From positions 25,480 to 89,479 of IMG/VR virus record IMGVR_UViG_3300027631_002331: a stretch of DNA of 64,000 nucleotides, one strand, 5' to 3'. The translations under genes were made by a program, and so were the position numbers. The notes below the pieces were generated by a model that saw only the letters and a list, made by a program, of their open reading frames with translations, was not told where the DNA came from and did not search any database. Shown here piece after piece: positions 48,182 to 57,039 of this stretch (the stretch's first letter is position 1; each line of letters starts with the position of its first letter). The DNA comes from a virus.

Positions 48182-49003
48182 ATGAATCAGACGGTTTACT
48201 ATCAATCTTCTCTTCCAAGAGCAGGATCAACATTACTCCAAAACCTAATAGGTCAAAACCCCCAATTTCATGTCACTCCTACCTCCGGTATGATAGATAT
48301 GATGTTGGGTACTCGAATAGGATACAACGGCAACAAAGAAGCACAAGCAGGAGACAAACAAAAGTGGAAAGAAGGATTCTACTCCTATTGTAGAGAAGGA
48401 TTTAAAGGTTATATTAAAGCTTTTACAGACAAACCCTATATTCTAGATAAAAATAGAGCATGGGGTTCTTATTATCCTTTACTTAACGAAATAAACCCAA
48501 ACCCTAAAATCTTATTTATGGTAAGGGATTTAAAGGCAATATTTGCCTCCATGGAAAAAAAATTCCGTATGAATCCTGATTATGATGATGGTTTATTAGA
48601 TAATACTAAATTAAATAATATTACAACTCAACAACGAGTAGAAACATGGGCCCAAGGTCATCCAATAGGATACGCATTAAATAAACTACACCAGTCTATA
48701 TTAGATAAAACAGCCTTTAACTTCCTATTCATTAGATATGAAGATTTATGTAATAACCCAGAACCACAAATACAAAGTATTTACAATTTCTTTGGTTTAG
48801 AACAATTTCAACATAACTTTAACAATATACCCCAAATTACAGTTGAAGATGATAGTATACATGGTATTTACGGTGATCATACCATAAGAAATACTTTAGG
48901 TATGTTACCTGATGACTCTAAAGAAATATTAGGAGAATATACATGTGATTGGATAGACAATAATTTTAAATGGTTTTTTGATACTTTTAAATATAATAAA
49001 TAA
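48182..49003 (+). CDS. Sulfotransferase
   Basis: SLPRAGSTLL 5'-PSB motif, ILDKNRAW, MVRD...I.AS 3'-PB motif, IRYEDL...PE. Confidence 0.88.
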   Translation: MNQTVYYQSSLPRAGSTLLQNLIGQNPQFHVTPTSGMIDMMLGTRIGYNGNKEAQAGDKQKWKEGFYSYCREGFKGYIKAFTDKPYILDKNRAWGSYYPLLNEINPNPKILFMVRDLKAIFASMEKKFRMNPDYDDGLLDNTKLNNITTQQRVETWAQGHPIGYALNKLHQSILDKTAFNFLFIRYEDLCNNPEPQIQSIYNFFGLEQFQHNFNNIPQITVEDDSIHGIYGDHTIRNTLGMLPDDSKEILGEYTCDWIDNNFKWFFDTFKYNK

Positions 49004-49431
49004 TGATATATTGGTTTACAGGGCAACCCGCCCACGGAAAAACAGTTTTAGCTAACATGCTTAAGAAGGAAAAACCTGGGGCATTTAGGATAGATGGTGA
49101 TGATATGAGAGAGTTATTTTCTAATAAAGATTATTCTATAAACGGTAGAGTAGTTAATGTTGGAACTGCACAACGTATAGCTCAGTATCTTAATAACCAA
49201 GGTAAAGATGTTATAGTATCATTAGTAGCACCTTATATTGACCAAAGAGAAGATTTCAAAACATTAATGGGTGATCAAATGATAGAGTTTTATGTACATA
49301 CATCAGAACCTAGAGAAAGAGATCATTTTAAGGCAATAGCTTATGTAGCTCCTAAGGAAAACTTCATAGATATTGACACTACGGAAGATACCCCAGAACA
49401 ATCATTTGAAAAAGTATTAGCAGCTATTTAA
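49003..49431 (+). CDS. cysC: Adenylyl-sulfate (APS) kinase
   Basis: IYWFTGQPAHGKT, IDGDDMRE, DYS..GR, VSLVAPY...R, Y.AP. Confidence 0.85.
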   Translation: MIYWFTGQPAHGKTVLANMLKKEKPGAFRIDGDDMRELFSNKDYSINGRVVNVGTAQRIAQYLNNQGKDVIVSLVAPYIDQREDFKTLMGDQMIEFYVHTSEPRERDHFKAIAYVAPKENFIDIDTTEDTPEQSFEKVLAAI

Positions 49432-49775
49432 TGGAGAAAAAAAATACTTACTTTGTAGATATAGATGGAACAATATTCGTTTATAGAAAATTTGAAACAT
49501 ACGAAACCACAGAAGCTCAGGTAATAAATAGTACTAGAAAGTATCTACAGAAAGTAAATGATCAAGGTCATATGATTATTCTTACTACAGCTAGACCAGA
49601 ATATTTAAGAGAACATACTGAATTAGAGTTAACTAAAAATGGTATACCATACCATAAGTTAATAATGCAAATAGAAAGAGGTCCTAGATACTTAATTAAT
49701 GATATGGACCCTAATAACCCCGGCGATAGAGCAATCGCCATAAATGTAAAAAGAGATGGCGGAATTAAAAGCTAA
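49431..49775 (+). CDS. HAD-family phosphatase
   Basis: FVDIDGT, LTTAR, GIPYHKL, IND. Confidence 0.8.
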   Translation: MEKKNTYFVDIDGTIFVYRKFETYETTEAQVINSTRKYLQKVNDQGHMIILTTARPEYLREHTELELTKNGIPYHKLIMQIERGPRYLINDMDPNNPGDRAIAINVKRDGGIKS

Positions 49776-50157
49776 AGCAGACAAAGAATCTTCATCAACT
49801 GAAGTAAAATATTCATTCTTCGCAGGAAGGTGGCAACCACTACACAAAGGACACCTTTGGTTAATCAATGAAAGATTAAAAGAAGGTTATAATGTTTGGT
49901 TAGGAATTAGAGATGTAAAACCAGATGAAAAAAACCCTTGGACAGCAGAGCAAATCCTAGAAATGGTAAAAGAAGGTGAGTTAAAAGAACTTATTGAAGC
50001 AGGTAAAGTACTTCCTACTATTATTCCGGATATCGAATCTATCAACTATGGTAGAGGAGTGGGATATGATATTATAGAACATACCCCACCACAAGAAATT
50101 GGAGAAATCTCAGCAACATCTATTCGCAACCAAATGAAACAAGATGGTAAGTTATAA
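49756..50157 (+). CDS. HxGH nucleotidyltransferase (candidate minimal ATP sulfurylase)
   Basis: GRWQPLHKGH, NP, YGRGVGY, ISATSIR. Confidence 0.75.
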   Translation: MAELKAKADKESSSTEVKYSFFAGRWQPLHKGHLWLINERLKEGYNVWLGIRDVKPDEKNPWTAEQILEMVKEGELKELIEAGKVLPTIIPDIESINYGRGVGYDIIEHTPPQEIGEISATSIRNQMKQDGKL

Positions 50158-50350
50158 AAGACACATAGGAAAAACGATCTCATGGAGGGTTATAGGAACT
50201 TTAGATACTATAATCCTTTCAGGTGTTATAACAGGCTCATGGGAAACAGGATTAACAATAGGTAGTGTTGAAGTTATAACAAAAATGGTATTATATTTCT
50301 TCCATGAAAGAGCATGGTATAAGTTTAGTAAATATGGTTTATCTAAATAA
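50144..50350 (+). CDS. DUF2061-like small membrane protein
   Basis: RH..KTISWR..GT.DT...E..TK..LY.FHER.W. Confidence 0.8.
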   Translation: MVSYKRHIGKTISWRVIGTLDTIILSGVITGSWETGLTIGSVEVITKMVLYFFHERAWYKFSKYGLSK

Positions 50351-50403
50351 TTAGGAATAATAAAAATAAAGTCGTATATTAATCCAATATAATATTTATC
50401 AAT

Positions 50404-51099
50404 ATGAAAGAAAATATAACAACAAAAGATTTAGTCGCCACCGAAGATTTAAAACCTATATTGAGTGTCCTTAAAACCGAGGATGCTCAAACTATTATAG
50501 CATTAAAAGAAGAACTTACCGATAACTGGACTAAAAAACAAATTTTTAGAACAGAAACTGAGATGCGTATTTCGGTTTTAAATGATGGTAAACATCCAAC
50601 CTCTGCATCCAAATATTGGCAATCAGTAAGAGAACAATCAGCACATTTTGATGGTATGATGAGTTTATCATTTAACCTACGTAGAAATGAAGTTAAAAGA
50701 TTAAAACTTGAACGTAAAATGCAAAAAGCTATTGATAAAGGAGATGATTTAAAACAAATGGAACTTAGAATTGATTTAGATCAAAATTTATATCAAAGAG
50801 CTAATATGGAACAAACAGCTAAAGATCGTGTTCGTGAAATAGCTACTTGGTCTAAAATAAAATCAGAATTAGATGATGGTACTTTTGATACTCAAAATGT
50901 AAATACTCATCAAGCTACTTCTTATAGTATAGCTTTAAAAAATAGAGTTGATACTTTGGGGAATAGTTCATCTCAAGCGGAGGTTTTAAACGCATTAGGA
51001 CCACTTAAAACGTTAGAAAGATTAAAAACACCACAAGGTCAACTCCAAAACTATAAAGAGGTTAAACAACAACTACAAGCTTCTAAAGATAAAGAATAA
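50404..51099 (+). CDS. Hypothetical helical protein
   Basis: 231 aa; FRTETEMR.SVLND..HPT..SKYWQ; coiled coil. Confidence 0.65.
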   Translation: MKENITTKDLVATEDLKPILSVLKTEDAQTIIALKEELTDNWTKKQIFRTETEMRISVLNDGKHPTSASKYWQSVREQSAHFDGMMSLSFNLRRNEVKRLKLERKMQKAIDKGDDLKQMELRIDLDQNLYQRANMEQTAKDRVREIATWSKIKSELDDGTFDTQNVNTHQATSYSIALKNRVDTLGNSSSQAEVLNALGPLKTLERLKTPQGQLQNYKEVKQQLQASKDKE

Positions 51100-51102
51100 T
51101 AT

Positions 51103-51699
51103 ATGGAATTTAAGGTTTTTGAAAGATTATGGTGGTCTACACCGGTTTGGGATTGCCCCGTAGAGGGTATTGATAATAAATCAATAGCAGATTATTGCCT
51201 TAAAGTAAGAGATGAAAAACCAGGTGTTAATATTTCAAATAAAGGTGGATGGCATAGTGGAGAACTTATCACCCCTATCCCACCATCATTAGATCAGTTA
51301 TTTACTGAACTAACGGGGTTTGTAAACGATGTACCTCAACGTTATATGGGAACATCGGACTTAGTATTAGGTAATTGGTGGATAAATATTAACGGTAAAT
51401 ACGATTATAATACTCCACACGATCATCAAAATAGTGTATTAAGTGGAACGTATTATGTTTCAGTACCTAAAGAGAATATGGGTGATTTATTATTACATAG
51501 GGGGGATACAGCAGAGTTTTTCTTAACTTCTAAAGTAAAAAGAGAACCAACTATGGCTAACGCCACTACTATTCCTTGCCCAGTTAAAGAATCTATGTTT
51601 TATCTATTTCCATCTTGGGTTAAACACTCAGTAGAACGTAATAATACAGATGGAGAAAGAATATCTATCGCATTTAACTTTGTATCACCTAATCAATAA
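51103..51699 (+). CDS. 2OG-Fe(II) oxygenase
   Basis: WININ, HDH, LSGTYYV, FPSW..HSV..N, RISIAFN. Confidence 0.88.
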   Translation: MEFKVFERLWWSTPVWDCPVEGIDNKSIADYCLKVRDEKPGVNISNKGGWHSGELITPIPPSLDQLFTELTGFVNDVPQRYMGTSDLVLGNWWININGKYDYNTPHDHQNSVLSGTYYVSVPKENMGDLLLHRGDTAEFFLTSKVKREPTMANATTIPCPVKESMFYLFPSWVKHSVERNNTDGERISIAFNFVSPNQ

Positions 51700-51704
51700 A
51701 TAAT

Positions 51705-52631
51705 ATGGACCAAGGATATGTTTACCAATCAAAACAACCAACACCCCCAACAGAAGATAAATACTTTATATGGCATATACAAGGTGGTTTAGGTAAAAAT
51801 ATTGCTGGTTCAGCTTTAGTAAAAACTATTAAAGAGACACACCCCGATAGGAAACTTATTATAGTTTCTTCTCACCCTGAAGTATATTTAAACAATCCAC
51901 TTGTAGATAGAGTATACCAACTAGGTCAATCACCTTATTTTTACCAAGATTATATTGAAAATAAGGATATAATCATATCTAAACATGAACCCTATCATCA
52001 AACAGATCATATTACTAAGAAAAAACATTTATTAGAAAACTGGTGTGATTTAATGGGTTTAAAGTATAGTGGTCAACTACCTGTGATTATACCTAACTAC
52101 CCACAAAGCACATTTCCATTATTATGGCAAAGACCAAAACCAATAATGGTAATTCAATCTGGTGGTGGTCCTATGGAAGGCCAAAAGCATTCATATTCTT
52201 GGACTCGAGACATACCAATAGAGGTAGCACAACAAATAGTAAATAAGTTTGCTAAACAATACCATATCATTCAGATTACAAGACCTAAGGGGTATGAATT
52301 AAAAAACGTAGAAAGAATAGACACAAAAATGTCCAATATGGATTTATGTGGTTTATTACAAGCATCTAAAAAACGTGTTTTGATAGATTCTAGTTTACAA
52401 CATATGTCTGCTGCTATGAATCTTAAATCAACAGTATTATGGGTGGGTACATCACCTAAAGTATTTGGGTATAAAGTACATAATAACATATCAGCAAATC
52501 TACCTAAAAGAGCAAACCAACTAATAGGTTCTTATACATTTGACTATCAGTTTGAAAATAATATACATGAATGTCCTTATATGCAAGTAAGTGAAATATT
52601 TGATGTAAATAGTATATTAAATAAAATCTAA
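51705..52631 (+). CDS. Glycosyltransferase (GT9/heptosyltransferase-like)
   Basis: GGLGKNI, PEVYLNNP.V, IDSSLQH.SAA, VLW..T.P..FGY..H.N. Confidence 0.72.
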   Translation: MDQGYVYQSKQPTPPTEDKYFIWHIQGGLGKNIAGSALVKTIKETHPDRKLIIVSSHPEVYLNNPLVDRVYQLGQSPYFYQDYIENKDIIISKHEPYHQTDHITKKKHLLENWCDLMGLKYSGQLPVIIPNYPQSTFPLLWQRPKPIMVIQSGGGPMEGQKHSYSWTRDIPIEVAQQIVNKFAKQYHIIQITRPKGYELKNVERIDTKMSNMDLCGLLQASKKRVLIDSSLQHMSAAMNLKSTVLWVGTSPKVFGYKVHNNISANLPKRANQLIGSYTFDYQFENNIHECPYMQVSEIFDVNSILNKI

Positions 52632-52654
52632 CCCTATATTTATTATAAAGTAAT

Positions 52655-52683
52655 TAGGCTCCCCAAAGGAGCCTTATTATATT
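52655..52683 (+). promoter_or_regulatory. Promoter TAG-N20-TATATT with hairpin spacer (possible terminator)
   Basis: AGGCTCC-CCAAA-GGAGCCT 52656-52674; TATATT 52678. Confidence 0.65.
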
Positions 52684-52737
52684 GAATCCAATAAAACGGT
52701 TCAAAGTGACTGTACAACCACTTAAAAAAATTAACAT

Positions 52738-53532
52738 ATGTCAAAACTAAAACGTATTGAGGATTACGAAAAAAACCTCCCTATCGTTGAAATCTACACA
52801 GCGGTACAATCAGAAGGATCTAGAGCAGGTTACCCAACAGTAGTTATTAGAACTACAGGATGTACTCACCGATGTTATTTCGGAGAAGGTGGATGGTGTG
52901 ATTCCTGGTATACATCTATACATCCAGAAAAAGGACAGTATAACTTTAAAGATATTATTAAAGCATACGATGACAACCCACACATAACAGAGATGATGTT
53001 AACAGGTGGTTCACCTACTATGCATGCTGCTTTATGTAACGAGTTAACTAACTTTGCTAACGAAAGAAATATTTTTATTACTATTGAAACTGAAGGTTCT
53101 CACTTCTTAGAAACCGATTATCCTTTTGGTTTAATTTCACTATCTCCAAAGTTTGGTAATAGTGTTCCTGTTATTGGTGCTACTTTACCCAACGGTAATA
53201 TACTAGACGAAAAAATGGGCGCTAAGATGGTTAAACAACATAATAAACTACGTTTAAACGTTGATGCTATACGTAAAACGCTAGATTACCATAGCGATTA
53301 CCACATCAAACCAGTATGGGATGGTAAAGACGAAGGGGCATTAGCAGAGATTATAGATTTCTTAGATGTTATAAACGTTCCCAACGATAAAGTATGGTTT
53401 ATGCCAGCAGGTGATTCAAGAGCATCGTTATTCAAATCATACCCCCTAGTATTTGATTGGGTAAGAGATCATGGTTATCGTATGACTTGGAGACCACATA
53501 TCATCGCCTTTGAGGATCAAAGAGAAGTATAG
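52738..53532 (+). CDS. queE: 7-carboxy-7-deazaguanine synthase (radical SAM)
   Basis: EIY.AVQSEG..AG.P.V.IR..GCTHRC...WCDS.Y, TGGSP, IETEG, SLSPK. Confidence 0.92.
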   Translation: MSKLKRIEDYEKNLPIVEIYTAVQSEGSRAGYPTVVIRTTGCTHRCYFGEGGWCDSWYTSIHPEKGQYNFKDIIKAYDDNPHITEMMLTGGSPTMHAALCNELTNFANERNIFITIETEGSHFLETDYPFGLISLSPKFGNSVPVIGATLPNGNILDEKMGAKMVKQHNKLRLNVDAIRKTLDYHSDYHIKPVWDGKDEGALAEIIDFLDVINVPNDKVWFMPAGDSRASLFKSYPLVFDWVRDHGYRMTWRPHIIAFEDQREV

Positions 53533-53669
53533 TGGATAAGCAAGAAGCTCTTAAAATATTAGGAGAGATAAAAGAAAATATCAATGTTTGTTGTGCCATA
53601 ACAATGGAACCAGATGAGGTATTAGAGTTATTAGATAAAATAGAGGTTTATATAAAGGAGAATGACTAA
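53532..53669 (+). CDS. Small hypothetical protein (45 aa, GTG start, not in ORF track)
   Basis: MDKQEALKILGEIKENINVCCAITMEPDEVLELLDKIEVYIKEND*; fills the gap between queE and the thioredoxin-like gene. Confidence 0.5.
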   Translation: MDKQEALKILGEIKENINVCCAITMEPDEVLELLDKIEVYIKEND

Positions 53670-53925
53670 AGAAAAGTTTAAAGAGATAATGGAAAGCGGA
53701 GAGAAAGTATACTTATACTTTTTCTCACCTTTTTGTGGTAGTTGTGAGCTTACACAACCCCTATTAAAAAACTCAAAACACCCCCTATTTGAAATCAATT
53801 GTATAGAAAATAAGGAGTTAGAAGAAGCATTTGACTTAGAATACTACCCAACAATAATAGAAGTAACAAACAATAATTTTAGAAAATTTGAAGGAAGAAT
53901 AGCGATAGAAAATTTGTTATCCTAA
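53662..53925 (+). CDS. Thioredoxin-like protein
   Basis: FFSPFCGSC, YYPTI. Confidence 0.8.
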   Translation: MTKEKFKEIMESGEKVYLYFFSPFCGSCELTQPLLKNSKHPLFEINCIENKELEEAFDLEYYPTIIEVTNNNFRKFEGRIAIENLLS

Positions 53926-53950
53926 CTACCCCTTCGTATATTATATTAAT

Positions 53951-54640
53951 ATGGAACACAAAGACAAACACAACGATTTAGAAGTAGTACAAACAGGTTT
54001 TGCAAACGGTGTAGCTGAGGGTTTTCCTTTAGACCAAGGGCAAAAGGATGTTATGATAAGTGAAGCAACTGAAGCTTATGGTAAGTTTTTAGATGCTTTA
54101 AAGTGCGATTGGAGAAACGATCCAAACTCATCTGATACACCAAGACGTGTAGCAAAGGCATATGTAAACGATTTATGGAGAGGTAGATATACAGCTATGT
54201 CACCTATAACATCTTTCCCATCAGATGGGTATGATGGTATTGTTATTGAAAGAAATATTCCACTAACATCTATGTGTTCACACCACCACCAAACTATAGG
54301 AGGAGTAGTTCATATAGGATATATTGCAGGTGGAGAAGGACAAGTAATAGGTTTATCTAAACTTAATAGAATAGTAGAGTTATTTGGTCGTAGAGGAGCA
54401 ATACAAGAACAACTAACATCAGCAATCCACAACGCAGTGGATAAAATCACTGATGGTAATAAAGGTGTTATTGTTACTATTGTTGGAACTCATAACTGCG
54501 TATCTTGTAGGGGAGTTAAACATCAAGGTGCTGCTATGGTAACAACTAAAGCATCAGGTGTATTTAAGGAAAATGATAATCTTGCTCGTAAAGAGTTTTT
54601 CGATTCGTTAAAAATAAATAATGGAGGTCATAATATTTAA
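53951..54640 (+). CDS. folE: GTP cyclohydrolase I
   Basis: DTPRRVAK, SMCSHH, GLSKLNR.V..F.RR..IQE.LT, HNCVSCRG. Confidence 0.95.
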   Translation: MEHKDKHNDLEVVQTGFANGVAEGFPLDQGQKDVMISEATEAYGKFLDALKCDWRNDPNSSDTPRRVAKAYVNDLWRGRYTAMSPITSFPSDGYDGIVIERNIPLTSMCSHHHQTIGGVVHIGYIAGGEGQVIGLSKLNRIVELFGRRGAIQEQLTSAIHNAVDKITDGNKGVIVTIVGTHNCVSCRGVKHQGAAMVTTKASGVFKENDNLARKEFFDSLKINNGGHNI

Positions 54641-54645
54641 AGACT

Positions 54646-55032
54646 ATGAACTATAAAGTATATTTAACTTGGAAAGAAGTAGATGATTTAGTTAATATTT
54701 TAAAACAAAAAATATTAGATGAACTACCAGAAATAGGATCAGTAATGGGTATAGCAAGAGGAGGACTAATACCTGCTGTGATGTTATCCCATAAACTAGG
54801 AGTTCCTTATACCAACTTAGTAGATCCTAATACCTTAGTAGTAGATGATATTTGTGATTCAGGAGTAACCATAAAGGAAGCACCTGGTTTATATACAGCA
54901 ACATTACACTATAAAGAATCAGCAATAGTAAAACCAACCATATATGCTAGTTTATTATTAAACGAAAGTCAATGGTTAGTATATCCATGGGAAAGACAAG
55001 ATAGTGAACCAATTCAAGATTATTTAAAATGA
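54646..55032 (+). CDS. Purine phosphoribosyltransferase (Gpt-like)
   Basis: GIARGGLIPA, LVVDDICDSGVT PRPP-binding loop, WLVYPWE. Confidence 0.88.
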   Translation: MNYKVYLTWKEVDDLVNILKQKILDELPEIGSVMGIARGGLIPAVMLSHKLGVPYTNLVDPNTLVVDDICDSGVTIKEAPGLYTATLHYKESAIVKPTIYASLLLNESQWLVYPWERQDSEPIQDYLK

Positions 55033-55577
55033 AGTTAAATTCACCTTACAAATTAGTTAAGCGGTTTGATATAAATCCTATCTTAAACCACTTACCTTCT
55101 ATTGATGACCCTATATGGCATTCAAATACCCATAGACAAAAAAATTATAAAGTTCATAATAAAACTTTAAATTTAATGTTCAAATGGACTCCTAATAGCC
55201 CACAAGAGGCTGAAAGACAAGGAGCATACCAGGATAATAATATGTTTAATTCTCCTTTAGGTCAAGAAGTATCTAAAATACTAAATGAGTTATATCAAAT
55301 TTATCCCAATACTAGTTTATCAAAATTAATGATAACTGCTTTACCTTCGGGGTATGAAGTAGATTCTCATATTGATAATTTATTACTATCTAATATTCAT
55401 AGGATTCATATTCCTTTAATAACTAATGAGGAATGTGTTTATGGTATTGATGATATTAAATTTGTATTTCCTCCTGGCTTTTGCTTTGAATTTGATAATA
55501 CTAGAGAACATTTTGTTAGTAATAAAGGACAACAAGAAAGAATACACATAATATTAGATTTAGACCCAAAAGCATGA
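55029..55577 (+). CDS. Aspartyl/asparaginyl beta-hydroxylase-like 2OG oxygenase
   Basis: H.D, RIHIPLITN, EFDN...H.V.N.G..ERIHIILD. Confidence 0.85.
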   Translation: MKLNSPYKLVKRFDINPILNHLPSIDDPIWHSNTHRQKNYKVHNKTLNLMFKWTPNSPQEAERQGAYQDNNMFNSPLGQEVSKILNELYQIYPNTSLSKLMITALPSGYEVDSHIDNLLLSNIHRIHIPLITNEECVYGIDDIKFVFPPGFCFEFDNTREHFVSNKGQQERIHIILDLDPKA

Positions 55578-56233
55578 ATGTAGTTTCCCATAAACATAAA
55601 GTTATAATTCTAACACCTTCCAAATGTTCAACTTACTCATTAAAAACATTTTTAGAATCAACAGGGATTGAATTTGATGAACCTAAAAGAGAAGTAAATA
55701 ATATATTCTATCATTCTTTATTAAGTGAAATATGTTATGCTTATTATATCCCTCCTCATAGGCTTTCAGAATTCAAAATTATTCAAATTGTAAGAAATCC
55801 TTATGATAGAATGATTTCATCTTATTTTTCCCAAAAACAAATTTTTCCTTTATTACCTACATTTGATGGATTTTTAGATAATTTACAACGTAGTAAATAT
55901 CTTTTACCATTTAATGTAGATGAATTTTATACTCAATTTTATGGTGATTTTAATTATAAAAAACATTCTTTGAGTAATGGTAATTGGGGTGGGTTAAGAT
56001 TTTATTTTGACCAAAGTTGGTGGAATAATTTAGGAGCTAATGTATCTTATTTTAAATTAGAAAACATTAATCAGGATTCAAGTAAATTATGTAATTTTTT
56101 AGGAATAAACCAACAACCTTACCCTAAAGTAAATTCTAAAAATTACAATAAAATATCATTAACTCCTCAAAACAAAGAGGTAATATATAATTTATATACT
56201 AATGATTTTAAAATGTATGATTATTCAAAATAA
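55574..56233 (+). CDS. Sulfotransferase (Sulfotransfer_2-like)
   Basis: PSKCST, VRNPYDRMISSY, FKLEN, LY..DF.MYDY. Confidence 0.8.
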   Translation: MNVVSHKHKVIILTPSKCSTYSLKTFLESTGIEFDEPKREVNNIFYHSLLSEICYAYYIPPHRLSEFKIIQIVRNPYDRMISSYFSQKQIFPLLPTFDGFLDNLQRSKYLLPFNVDEFYTQFYGDFNYKKHSLSNGNWGGLRFYFDQSWWNNLGANVSYFKLENINQDSSKLCNFLGINQQPYPKVNSKNYNKISLTPQNKEVIYNLYTNDFKMYDYSK

Positions 56234-56293
56234 TTTTGATAAGCAAGAATAGTTTCGTATATTACATCATATTAAATAAATAAAAACAAAGTT

Positions 56294-56497
56294 ATGAAGA
56301 ATTATTGGCAAGTTACAACACAGTTTGAAAGAGAAAACGATAGAGGTCGTATTCAAAAAGTAAAGGAAAACTATTTAATAACAGCATTCACAGGTACTGA
56401 AGCAGAAGCAAACACCTATAAAATGTTAGAGGAGTTAGGTGAAACTAACTTTAAAATAGTAAGTCTAAAACAATCTAATATTTTAAAAGTAGTATAA
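56294..56497 (+). CDS. DUF4494-like protein
   Basis: KVKENYLI.A...TEAEA pattern resembles the Bacteroidota DUF4494 family as recalled. Confidence 0.6.
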   Translation: MKNYWQVTTQFERENDRGRIQKVKENYLITAFTGTEAEANTYKMLEELGETNFKIVSLKQSNILKVV

Positions 56498-57039
56498 TGG
56501 GAGAGCAATTATCATTATTTAACGAAGGAGATTTTGTACCGTTTGTAAGTGAAGTTGAAACATTCAACGCAACGTTTGGTAAACCAAACAACTACGAACC
56601 AACTATCCCATCTAAATCAGAATGGATGTTTGTATATGATTTTATACTTGAAGAACTAGAAGAATATAAAGTTGCTTGTGAAACAGGCAATATTGTAGAA
56701 GTTTTAGATGCATTATGTGATATTACATATGTTTCATTAGGAAACGGTGCTATGCTTCACGGTTTAAAAGATAAAGTACAAGATGCGTATGCCGAAGTTC
56801 AAGCCTCAAATATGTCTAAATCATGTGAAACTGAGGAGTTGGCTGAAGAGACATCATATTGTAGAGAACAAGAACAAGGAGAACCATGTCATTACGAAAA
56901 AGTAGGTGATCGTTATGTTGTTTATAGAACAAGAGACAGAAAGGTGATGAAGTCGATTAACTATTTCAAACCAGATCTTAGTCAGTTCTTTACAGCAGAT
57001 CAGTTAGCACTTTTCCATAACGCAGGAACCATTATTTAA
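56497..57039 (+). CDS. MazG-like / PRA-PH NTP pyrophosphohydrolase
   Basis: V..FN..FG, EELEEY, EVLDALCDITYV, EVQASNMSK, KVMKS..Y..PDL. Confidence 0.85.
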   Translation: MGEQLSLFNEGDFVPFVSEVETFNATFGKPNNYEPTIPSKSEWMFVYDFILEELEEYKVACETGNIVEVLDALCDITYVSLGNGAMLHGLKDKVQDAYAEVQASNMSKSCETEELAEETSYCREQEQGEPCHYEKVGDRYVVYRTRDRKVMKSINYFKPDLSQFFTADQLALFHNAGTII

